A stretch of 64,000 nt of DNA, taken from positions 186,001 through 250,000 of the IMG/VR virus record IMGVR_UViG_3300032236_001850, one strand, 5' to 3'. The stretch's first letter is position 1. The number at the start of each line of letters is the position of its first letter. The position numbers and the translations under genes are program-made. This document shows positions 39,949 to 47,883 of the stretch, one piece after another. The notes below the pieces were generated by a model. It made no database searches and had not been told where the DNA came from. It saw only the letters and a list, made by a program, of their open reading frames with translations.

Positions 39949-40004
39949 TATTAAGTAACGTAATAAATATCAAAAAGGTCTCCTCGAAAAAGGAGGCCTT
40001 TTTT
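39933..40004 (+). terminator. attenuator 2: terminator 39972-40004 with antiterminator strand 39933-39939
   Basis: AGGTCTCCT/AGGAGGCCT plus T run; GAGGAGA is complementary to TCTCCTC. Confidence 0.78.
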
Positions 40005-40035
40005 ATTGTTCATTGAAATATTGTAAAAGTAAATT

Positions 40036-40123
40036 GGAGAGGTGCGCAAGTGGTCAAAAGCGCCTAGACTTGAAATCTAGTGTGAGCTAATTACTCCCGT
40101 GGGTTCGAATCCCACTCTCTCCG
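40036..40123 (+). tRNA. tRNA-Ser(TGA)
   Basis: Cloverleaf with long variable arm. Confidence 0.93.
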
Positions 40124-40237
40124 CTTAGGTTACCCTTCTTGTTCCGTATGGGGTTATAAAGACGAATCAGTCAACGGAGCCCATGATGGTACCTATACCG
40201 AAGAAAATAGGAAAGATTCTATATGTCAGCCCTCAAT

Positions 40238-40323
40238 GGAGAGGAATCCTAAACGGTGATAGGTCATGCCTGGAAAGCATCGGGTGCGGGCAACTGCATG
40301 GAGTTCGATCCTCCTTCTCTCCT
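40238..40323 (+). tRNA. tRNA-Ser(GGA)
   Basis: Cloverleaf with long variable arm. Confidence 0.82.
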
Positions 40324-40331
40324 CAAAAAAT

Positions 40332-40404
40332 GCCTAAGTAGCTCAGTTGGTAGAGCAGCTGATTTGTAATCAGCAGGTCGCAGGTTCGACCCCTGTCTTA
40401 GGCT
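40332..40404 (+). tRNA. tRNA-Thr(TGT)
   Basis: Cloverleaf. Confidence 0.95.
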
Positions 40405-40412
40405 CTAATTCC

Positions 40413-40495
40413 GGTGCCTTGCCTGAGTGGCTGAAAGGGGCGGTCTGCAAAACCGCTAGAGAAATCTCACGTCAGTTCGAATCTGACAGGCACCT
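40413..40495 (+). tRNA. tRNA-Cys(GCA) with long variable arm
   Basis: Loop CTGCAAA; U73; GAGA-AA-TCTC extra arm. Confidence 0.88.
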
Positions 40496-40514
40496 CTAAT
40501 AAAAATTAGTAATC

Positions 40515-40961
40515 ATGGAACAAGACAAAAAACAGAAAATCGAACAGATCAGAAAGTTCCTTGAGGAAAAAAGGGAAATTGATCGAAGAAATTTTGAGGA
40601 ACTTAGAAGAAAAAGATGGGACAATCTTAAACCCTTCAAAACACCTCAAGATGTACCGGAAATACCAAGAGTCGGAGAAAAGGAATATAAAGAATATTAT
40701 ATACCAAGACTCATCGAAGCTGGAGCAATTCCAAAAACAGAACTTGAAGATGGAGCATTCTATCTTGGAGATCACAGAAGAGCAAAAATTGGTAAATGGA
40801 ACGACGCTATGAATGTCTTCGAGTATTGGAGATTTAAAATGGGAAATTATTTCATGGATAAATGCAATCACTTCGAAGACGATGATGGATTCGCTTTATT
40901 TACACCAATTAAAAAAGTAACAGAAGAAGAATTTAATAAGACAGGAAAAAATGAAAATTAA
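40515..40961 (+). CDS. hypothetical phage protein
   Basis: L.DG..Y.G..RRA....W, H.EDDDG..LF.P. Confidence 0.75.
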   Translation: MEQDKKQKIEQIRKFLEEKREIDRRNFEELRRKRWDNLKPFKTPQDVPEIPRVGEKEYKEYYIPRLIEAGAIPKTELEDGAFYLGDHRRAKIGKWNDAMNVFEYWRFKMGNYFMDKCNHFEDDDGFALFTPIKKVTEEEFNKTGKNEN

Positions 40962-41229
40962 ATTAAGAAATGTGATGCTTGGTCTAAAGGATCAACTTCC
41001 ATTAAAAAGAGCATTTCGAAATTTTTTCATAACAGGTAACGCTTTAGGTTTATTCGATAAAAGAAGCCATTATAGAATGGACGGCAAGGAGAAACAAGGA
41101 TTTCCAACAAAGGAATCGGGTAGAAAAGCAGCAGACGCAATGCAAAGAAAACATGGTAAATATTTTAGTGTTTATAAATGCATCTTCTGTGATGGTTATC
41201 ATCTAGGAAAAAATAGAGACAATAAATAG
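40951..41229 (+). CDS. hypothetical protein with CxxC..H motif
   Basis: YKCIFCDGYHLG. Confidence 0.75.
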   Translation: MKIKLRNVMLGLKDQLPLKRAFRNFFITGNALGLFDKRSHYRMDGKEKQGFPTKESGRKAADAMQRKHGKYFSVYKCIFCDGYHLGKNRDNK

Positions 41230-41284
41230 CATCTCCCTAGGGAGAAGGCACTGGCTGACGATCTGGCCTTATAGATCGTAACAT

Positions 41285-41358
41285 GGTGGACGTAGCTCAA
41301 TCGGTAGAGCGCTGGTTTGTGGTACCAGAGGTAGCGGGATCGTAACCCGTCGTTCACC
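41285..41358 (+). tRNA. tRNA-His(GTG)
   Basis: Cloverleaf; G-1:C73. Confidence 0.92.
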
Positions 41359-41370
41359 CAATTTATAAAT

Positions 41371-41688
41371 ATGAGAAAATTATTGATTGCACTATTTCTA
41401 TTTACGTCAATCTCATATGCACAGATGACAACATCAAGCATATCAGGCAGCATAGAAATAGACGGAGTTCCAGCTGGAAAGGTAAAGCTTATAATAAAGC
41501 ATCTACCTACAAATTACGCAACGGAAGCAGAAACAAATAACAGAGGTGACTTCAGTATAGAGGATCTCGACGTTGGTGGTCCTTACGGATTAACAATAAC
41601 AATAAACGGAATCATATATTATAGAAAATATGAATATCTAAATCTTGGCGAAAATGATGTTAAGAAAATAGAGATATTCACAAAATAA
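41371..41688 (+). CDS. exported carboxypeptidase-regulatory-like domain protein
   Basis: AQ.TTSSISG, H.PT, TN..G.F....L.VGGPY, as in N-termini of Bacteroidota TonB-dependent receptors. Confidence 0.75.
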   Translation: MRKLLIALFLFTSISYAQMTTSSISGSIEIDGVPAGKVKLIIKHLPTNYATEAETNNRGDFSIEDLDVGGPYGLTITINGIIYYRKYEYLNLGENDVKKIEIFTK

Positions 41689-41691
41689 CAA

Positions 41692-41778
41692 GCCCCGATG
41701 GCGAAACAGGTTAGACGCCCCAGATTTAAACTCTGGTGTTCCGAAAGGAGCGTGCCGGTTCGACTCCGGCTCGGGGTA
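41692..41778 (+). tRNA. tRNA-Leu(TAA)
   Basis: Cloverleaf with long variable arm. Confidence 0.92.
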
Positions 41779-41833
41779 CAACAATTTCCAGAACGCCTCT
41801 GCTCAGCATGCGCAATTTTCTGGGCTTGTATTC

Positions 41834-41919
41834 GGAGATGTAAGCATAGTGGTACTGCAGCGGTTTGCTAAACCGTTCGGCGTTCATTCGCCGCGGAGGT
41901 TCGAATCCTCTCATCTCCG
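41834..41919 (+). tRNA. tRNA-Ser(GCT)
   Basis: Cloverleaf with long variable arm. Confidence 0.9.
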
Positions 41920-41927
41920 CTAATATT

Positions 41928-42001
41928 CGGAGCAAGGTCCACTGGCGAAGGATGCCGCCCTGTCACGGCGTGCGAACCGGGTTCGAATCCCGGTGTTCCG
42001 G
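41928..42001 (+). tRNA. tRNA-Asp(GTC)
   Basis: Cloverleaf. Confidence 0.88.
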
Positions 42002-42133
42002 CAGGGGTGACAAAAAATTATTTTTGAAAATTTTCAAAAAAATATCAAAAATAATTTTTTTATCCCGAAAGAATATCATACTTTTGCAATACAATAATAA
42101 ACAAAGAAACAACGTTCATTAACATAAAGAATT

Positions 42134-42290
42134 AAAAGAAATATTTTTGGAGAAGATCAAGTCTATTGGTTGCCATACCCTGACGCAATAGACCGTTCTA
42201 ATATCAGAAATGAGATTAGACCAGCACAGTCACGCAAGACTGGTAAACCAAAGAGTAAAGGGATGTGAAAGTGGTTTGGATATTTCTTTT
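42134..42290 (+). ncRNA. unidentified multi-hairpin RNA
   Basis: AAAAGAAATATTT/GGATATTTCTTTT closing stem with four internal hairpins. Confidence 0.6.
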
Positions 42291-42298
42291 TTTATAAC

Positions 42299-42373
42299 GG
42301 TCTCTTAGCTCAGTTGGTTAGTAGCACCTGACTCATAATCAGGGGGTCGCTGGTTCGAGCCCAGCAGGGACCA
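42299..42373 (+). tRNA. tRNA-Ile2(CAT), probably lysidine-modified
   Basis: CAT anticodon on an Ile2-like body. Confidence 0.8.
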
Positions 42374-42374
42374 C

Positions 42375-42519
42375 TAGGAAATAATGGTTTCCGCTGAAGA
42401 CAAGGTGTCGACGCCCTCTTCAGCTCTACAGGATTCACACACCCTCTGCCGGTGCACTGTAAAACTATTACTAAGCAGCAAAGATTGGAGCGATATTGGT
42501 ACTCCATCATTATTTCCTA
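42375..42519 (+). ncRNA. unidentified multi-branched RNA
   Basis: TAGGAAATAATGG/TCATTATTTCCTA; GCTGAAGA/TCTTCAGC; TACAG/CTGTA; TGGAG/CTCCA. Confidence 0.6.
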
Positions 42520-42524
42520 AATTT

Positions 42525-42596
42525 GCTCCCATCGTCTATCGGTTAGGACGTCAGGTTTTCATCCTGGAAAGTCGGGTTCGACTCCCGGTGGGAGTA
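42525..42596 (+). tRNA. tRNA-Glu(TTC)
   Basis: Cloverleaf. Confidence 0.93.
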
Positions 42597-42687
42597 CAAA
42601 AAATTGAGAGAGTGGAGAAATCCCTGCAAGTTTCAAATTAGCATGCGATGAAATTAAATTGCAATGAAGCATATCAGTTTTAAAGTA

Positions 42688-42814
42688 TAAATAAGTGGTA
42701 ATTAAGAGAGTTACTTCGTAGATCATTTGGTTAGATCAATTGTTTCACTCACAATGGGTAGCTGGTTCGAGTCCAGTCGGATATTAAATACTTTCTTTAG
42801 TATTCCCTTATTTA
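42688..42814 (+). ncRNA. Y-RNA-like unit 5 (D, anticodon and T arms, no acceptor stem; CAC loop)
   Basis: AAGTGGT..GTTACTTCG..ATTCCCTT scaffold as in units 1-4. Confidence 0.75.
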
Positions 42815-42817
42815 AAC

Positions 42818-42891
42818 GGTATCGCAGCATATTGGTGTATGGCGCCACCCTGTCACGGTGGAGATTGCGGGTTCGAGCCCCGTCGATACCG
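42818..42891 (+). tRNA. tRNA-Asp(GTC)
   Basis: Cloverleaf. Confidence 0.9.
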
Positions 42892-42906
42892 CTAAAAAAT
42901 ATAAAT

Positions 42907-42985
42907 CGCGAAATGGTGGAAGATGGCCTATCCCGCCGGGCTCATATCCCGGAGATCCCAAGTTCGAATCTTGGTTTCGCTACCA
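42907..42985 (+). tRNA. initiator tRNA-fMet(CAT)
   Basis: C1:U72 mismatch; three G-C pairs in the anticodon stem; encoded CCA. Confidence 0.88.
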
Positions 42986-43060
42986 AAAAACCCAATATTT
43001 GTTCAAATATTGGGTTTTTAATTTTTATGCGGATATATACTTTAAATCTAATATATATTT

Positions 43061-43609
43061 ATGAAAATCCCAAATAGACACTCCGCAGGTGGAGTTGCAA
43101 CCGCAATAAAATTCAGAGCTGAGGCTTTAATAAGATATTATAAAGATCCAGTTCTATGCAAATGTTGCAATATCATAATAGATGTAAAAGATAGTGAGAA
43201 AGTTTCATCGGTAAGACAAAGAGTATTCTGTAGTAAAAATTGTTCAGCTATTTATAACAATACCAGAAGAGAGAAAAAGAAAGTCCAAATTAAGGAATTG
43301 AGGGATCTGGAAAGAGCTGAGTCATCAATAAATAATTTAACAAAAATAGAATTATTAAATAGATGCAAAACATATGCTAGTTACAGATCATCGATTTGCA
43401 AGAATGCAAGAAAATCATTTTCGATATCAGAAAAGGAAAGGAAATGCTTAATATGCGGCTATGATAAGCACACTGATATAGCACATATAAAATCAGTATC
43501 ATCTTTTCCTGATGATGCAAAAATATCAGAAATAAACAGTTCAGAAAATTTAATGGCTCTGTGTCCTAACCATCACTGGGAATTTGATTCTGGACTTATA
43601 AAGTTATAA
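43061..43609 (+). CDS. HNH endonuclease
   Basis: CLICGY....IAHIK...N...NL..LCPNHHWEFD. Confidence 0.88.
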   Translation: MKIPNRHSAGGVATAIKFRAEALIRYYKDPVLCKCCNIIIDVKDSEKVSSVRQRVFCSKNCSAIYNNTRREKKKVQIKELRDLERAESSINNLTKIELLNRCKTYASYRSSICKNARKSFSISEKERKCLICGYDKHTDIAHIKSVSSFPDDAKISEINSSENLMALCPNHHWEFDSGLIKL

Positions 43610-43734
43610 TTCCAGAGCTTCGCTACTATCAGCCATGGCATCCTTGATGTCATGGCTTTTTTGTTTATTGTCCAAATAGCAATATCTTTTTCGAATATAT
43701 AGTTTGTCGTATTCAATTATAAACAAACGGATAA

Positions 43735-44541
43735 ATGCAAAAGATATTAAACTTTAAAGGATTCATAAACGAGGAAGCATCACAAAGTGAAGCCCATCTT
43801 CTATTCAATGGCAACACATTAGATTTCATTGAAAATGGTAGCGTTGTAAAATCCTGGAAAGCTTGTTCAGGCAGAACATATTATCAATGGTACGTTAAAC
43901 CAGAATCTTGGAAAAAAAGATACACCATGTCACCAGTGGAATGGTCCAAAGTAAAATCAGAAGGACCGATACCACAAGGTAAATACAAACTTGGGCCGAC
44001 GGAAGAAAGGGATCTCAATGCCAGATGGAGAAATGATGAAAATTTTGTAAAGCTAACACTTGCCAAGCAAACGGTTCTTCTTCTACCTGACAATGACGTC
44101 ACATTAAGCACAGATGATTTTAAGGAGATAACAGATCCGTCCAGAATAGCGTGGGGTAATTTTAGATTTGCAATAATACCACAGAAAGGAACAAACACAT
44201 TCGGCAGAGGTGGATTCTTTCTCCATGGAGGAAGTTTACCAGGATCGATTGGTTGTATAGATCTTGTTACTGGAATAAGGGAATTTGGCCAATTTTATAA
44301 AGATTGGTTACAAAAAACAGGTAACACCACAATTGATCTTATAGTTGATTATAGTACATTCGACAGAAATGAAACCATAGACGTGGATTCCCAACCGTAT
44401 AAGATGGATTATGATCCTCTTGGTTCAGATCCAGGATATGATAAGTGGTATAAAGAAAGTGATGCACAAATTCAAGATGTGTTATCTGCTAATAAAATCA
44501 GAATGGATTATAAGAAAGTTCTTGCTGCAAGAAGAAATTAA
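43735..44541 (+). CDS. Tlde1/DUF2778-like L,D-transpeptidase-fold protein
   Basis: GPIPQG.Y, GR.GF.LHGG...GS.GCI. Confidence 0.8.
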   Translation: MQKILNFKGFINEEASQSEAHLLFNGNTLDFIENGSVVKSWKACSGRTYYQWYVKPESWKKRYTMSPVEWSKVKSEGPIPQGKYKLGPTEERDLNARWRNDENFVKLTLAKQTVLLLPDNDVTLSTDDFKEITDPSRIAWGNFRFAIIPQKGTNTFGRGGFFLHGGSLPGSIGCIDLVTGIREFGQFYKDWLQKTGNTTIDLIVDYSTFDRNETIDVDSQPYKMDYDPLGSDPGYDKWYKESDAQIQDVLSANKIRMDYKKVLAARRN

Positions 44542-44588
44542 ATCCACAAGAATGAATATATACAAGGAAGTAAAAAAATCAAACCAAA

Positions 44589-45218
44589 ATGGCATACAGA
44601 ATATTATTAAGAAGAGACACATTAGGAAATTGGCAAGCAAACAATCCTGTCCTTTTATCGGGTGAACCTAGTTACGTAACAGATACAGGTAAACTTAAAG
44701 TTGGTGACGGGATAACCCCATGGAACCAACTTGATTATTATTATGGAGCTACAGGAGCTACGGGTTTAACCGGTCCGATTGGTGTGACTGGACCAACAGG
44801 AGCGATCGGTGTGACTGGACCAACTGGAGATATGGGTGTGACTGGACCAACAGGATCAGTGGGACCAACAGGACCGATTGGTGTGACTGGGCCAACAGGT
44901 ATTGATTTTTCTTTGATTCTACAGAATTCTAAAACAGGTAATTATGCTTTAGAAATAACGGATAAAAATAAAATAGTTACCGTAACTTCTTCCGGATCCT
45001 CAACAATTCTTGTGCCTGCTGACACATCAGTTGCATTTGAATATGGCACAATGATAAGGCTGAAAAGAGGAGGAACTGGAGCAGTCGGGGTAACTGGGGA
45101 AGGTGGAGTTGTTATTCAATCTGCTCAAGGTCTATCAAATTTGAAATATCAATATTCAATTGCAATGCTATTGAAAAATGGAGCTAATACTTGGTCACTA
45201 TATGGCGATCTTTCCTAA
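44589..45218 (+). CDS. collagen-repeat fibre protein
   Basis: RRD...W...NPVL.SGE....TDT...K.GDG.TPW domain plus GPT/GVT repeats. Confidence 0.8.
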   Translation: MAYRILLRRDTLGNWQANNPVLLSGEPSYVTDTGKLKVGDGITPWNQLDYYYGATGATGLTGPIGVTGPTGAIGVTGPTGDMGVTGPTGSVGPTGPIGVTGPTGIDFSLILQNSKTGNYALEITDKNKIVTVTSSGSSTILVPADTSVAFEYGTMIRLKRGGTGAVGVTGEGGVVIQSAQGLSNLKYQYSIAMLLKNGANTWSLYGDLS

Positions 45219-45233
45219 AAAATTAAAAGAAAA

Positions 45234-46253
45234 ATGGCATTTAGAGTACAGATAAGAAGAGATCCATCAGGTAAATGGATAGTAAATAATCCCATTTTAT
45301 TAAGTGGTGAGTTTGGTTATGAAACTGACACCTCTTACATGAAAATAGGAGATGGTGCTACCCCGTGGAATTATCTTCCTTATTGGAACACCGGCCAGGG
45401 AGTCACTGGTCCAAGTGCTTCATTATATTCTTTACCCTCTCCCGCTATAAGTCTAGTTAGAATTCCTGTAAATGGAGCAACTGGAGCAACTTCTTGTTAT
45501 CTAGATAGTAGAATGACAGGTGGAGTAACAGGTGACAAATTTGTTCTGACTAATGGGCCTTCCGTATCCACAACAAATTTAACAACCGAACAAATAGATG
45601 CTGGTGTTTGGATTGAAATGGTTTATTATAGAACTGCTAGGGGAAAACAGAACAGCTCAGGTAAATATTTAAGAGACAAGGGGTTTAAAATATTAACACC
45701 ACAAATTAACGGGGTAAACACATTAACTAATGATATTATAAATCTTTACCCTGAACAAACACATAAATTTAATACAAGGGGAGGTATACATACTGAAATT
45801 CACATGAATGTTTACAATCATTTCAAGGTGACACAGCCTAATACAAGTATTGATATGACACCATATTTTAATGGTCTTTTTAGTTATAAGGATATAGGTT
45901 TCAGAGGTCAAAATCCGGAAAGAAATAACAATGAAGGATTATTAAACTGTCTTGTTCCAGCAATGAGATTTATGTCAAGTACCGATTATGGGAGAAGATT
46001 CTGCTACGACACCAATTATAGACCTCTTTATGTTAAATTTAGATATATAATGTGGGATCCAAAAGCAAATTCAAATAGAGGTGGATTCATAACTGGACCA
46101 TTATCAGAAACAGTAAAAATAGCATCACCAGTACCTCCCTTTTTAATTGATTTTAATAGAAGCTACACAACACAAAGTGCCTGCGGAATAATAAATCCAA
46201 ATTATAAACCGGAAGTTCTAAGATGCTGGATAGAATCAAATATACCATTATAG
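45234..46253 (+). CDS. fibre-like protein, paralog
   Basis: Same N-terminal domain as 44589. Confidence 0.75.
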   Translation: MAFRVQIRRDPSGKWIVNNPILLSGEFGYETDTSYMKIGDGATPWNYLPYWNTGQGVTGPSASLYSLPSPAISLVRIPVNGATGATSCYLDSRMTGGVTGDKFVLTNGPSVSTTNLTTEQIDAGVWIEMVYYRTARGKQNSSGKYLRDKGFKILTPQINGVNTLTNDIINLYPEQTHKFNTRGGIHTEIHMNVYNHFKVTQPNTSIDMTPYFNGLFSYKDIGFRGQNPERNNNEGLLNCLVPAMRFMSSTDYGRRFCYDTNYRPLYVKFRYIMWDPKANSNRGGFITGPLSETVKIASPVPPFLIDFNRSYTTQSACGIINPNYKPEVLRCWIESNIPL

Positions 46254-46256
46254 AAT

Positions 46257-46359
46257 GTAGCAGGTGGGCATTAGTTCAACGTTAAACCTCCGGGTTTGAT
46301 GCAGTTCAACGTTAAACCTTCGGGTTTGATGCAGTTCAATTATTCCACCTGCTACTTTT
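46257..46359 (+). repeat. 30-bp hairpin tandem repeat inside a closing stem
   Basis: AGTTCAA at 46273, 46303, 46333; GTAGCAGGTGG/CCACCTGCTAC. Confidence 0.8.
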
Positions 46360-46378
46360 ACCAAATAAAAATAAAAAA

Positions 46379-46966
46379 ATGGGTCATAATACATTATACA
46401 TTCCACCAAAAAACACATTAAGCTATGTTGCCTTGCTAACACAGAATGGCGGAACATACCCACAATCACAAACTAGCGGTTCTTTAGTTATTGGTAGAAC
46501 ATACTATGTATATTACAATGGTTTTGGTGATGATTTTTCAAATGTCGGTGGGCGATTGACTGCCTCCGGATATTATTTTATCGCAACGGGGACAACACCA
46601 ACAAATTGGACACATGGAAGTGTTCTTAATTATACTGACGGAGCACCTGTCGTGCTGAGCGTGGTTGAAAACACATTCTATGATTCATTCGAGAGTTGGA
46701 ATGGACTTTATTTTACTGCTGATGAGGACGGAACATATTATTTTAATAGCTCATTTCCATTATTCCCACAAAATAGAACAATAGTGGATGTAACAAATCC
46801 TACAGATGGGTCATATGTTATAAATGCATACCGAACTGGTGACACAGAAATTAGAATATCCACGTTAGTAAATCAATCTGCACAAGCTGATGTACTTAAT
46901 CCACAAAACGGAGCATTCGCGGAAGCAAGTTGGTTTAAAGTCACAGTTTATCCAACAACTCAATAA
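46379..46966 (+). CDS. virion structural protein
   Basis: Y.ALL and ENT motifs shared with the C-terminal domain of 46980. Confidence 0.65.
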   Translation: MGHNTLYIPPKNTLSYVALLTQNGGTYPQSQTSGSLVIGRTYYVYYNGFGDDFSNVGGRLTASGYYFIATGTTPTNWTHGSVLNYTDGAPVVLSVVENTFYDSFESWNGLYFTADEDGTYYFNSSFPLFPQNRTIVDVTNPTDGSYVINAYRTGDTEIRISTLVNQSAQADVLNPQNGAFAEASWFKVTVYPTTQ

Positions 46967-46979
46967 ATAAAGAAAAACT

Positions 46980-47804
46980 ATGCCATATAGAATACTACTC
47001 AGAAGGGACTTATCCCAAAATTGGAATTATAATGATCCAGTACTTATGTCAGGTGAACCTGGATATGAGATGGATACCAGAAAATTCAAGATGGGAGATG
47101 GTCAAACCCCATGGTCACAGCTTCCATATTCTTCCGGTGTAACAGGAGCTAAAGGTTCCACTGGGGATGCAGGTCACTCCGCAGAATTAATCGGAACATT
47201 TCCAAGCAGAACAGCTCTAACGAACGCATACCCTACTCCACCTCATCCTTATTATTGGGCTTTCGCAATAGGTGATCAGCCAGAAGATCTATGGGTATAC
47301 AGAGCTGATCCGACTGGTATATGGAATTATGAAATGATAACCCTACCAGCAGGACCCACTGGTGCAACAGGACCAATCGGAGTAACTGGGCCAATTGGGA
47401 TAACTGGTGTAACTGGAGCGACTGGACCAATTGGAGTGACTGGTGCAACTGGACCAATTGGAGTGACCGGACCCACAGGCTCATTTTCGTATAAAGTTTA
47501 TACAGCTCTATTGGGAAGAACTGGAGCCACTGCACCAAACCCAATAGTTTTACAGAATACGTTAGGAGCAGTCACATTTAATTATCTCTCACTTGGAAAC
47601 TATAGAGCAGCATCATCCAACTTATTTACAACAAATAAAACAACGGTATTTATCCAGCAACAAACTAGCGGACCTTTTGGTAATACTTTAAATGCTGTAA
47701 GAGTAGACCAATCTAACATATACATAGCACAAAATAGCTCCAGCGGACCAAATGATCAGGATTGGTATTTCCCAGTATCTTTTGAAATAAGAGTTTATCC
47801 TTAA
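46980..47804 (+). CDS. collagen-repeat fibre protein
   Basis: Same N-terminal domain; Gly-X-Y repeats. Confidence 0.8.
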   Translation: MPYRILLRRDLSQNWNYNDPVLMSGEPGYEMDTRKFKMGDGQTPWSQLPYSSGVTGAKGSTGDAGHSAELIGTFPSRTALTNAYPTPPHPYYWAFAIGDQPEDLWVYRADPTGIWNYEMITLPAGPTGATGPIGVTGPIGITGVTGATGPIGVTGATGPIGVTGPTGSFSYKVYTALLGRTGATAPNPIVLQNTLGAVTFNYLSLGNYRAASSNLFTTNKTTVFIQQQTSGPFGNTLNAVRVDQSNIYIAQNSSSGPNDQDWYFPVSFEIRVYP

Positions 47805-47883
47805 AATAAATTAATCAATATTTATTTTTAAATTTCGAAATTTTATCCTATATTTGCATAAAATAAAGGATAAAATTTTTTTT

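Larger units (their letters stand above)
4389..47857 (+). promoter_or_regulatory. class B host-type promoter TTTTTTATYCGAAA-N-TAnnTTTG
   Basis: Copies near 4389, 13275, 14568, 22114, 22719, 25001, 27615, 29330, 35027, 39774, 42055, 47825. Confidence 0.75.

Noticed and set aside
41726-43077. ORF-track entries overlapping tRNA and ncRNA genes, and antisense ORFs elsewhere
   Set aside because: Shadow frames of GC-rich RNA genes or of real opposite-strand CDSs.
44589-47804. Diversity-generating retroelement targeting the fibre genes
   Set aside because: No reverse transcriptase and no template/variable repeat pair with adenine-specific differences were seen.
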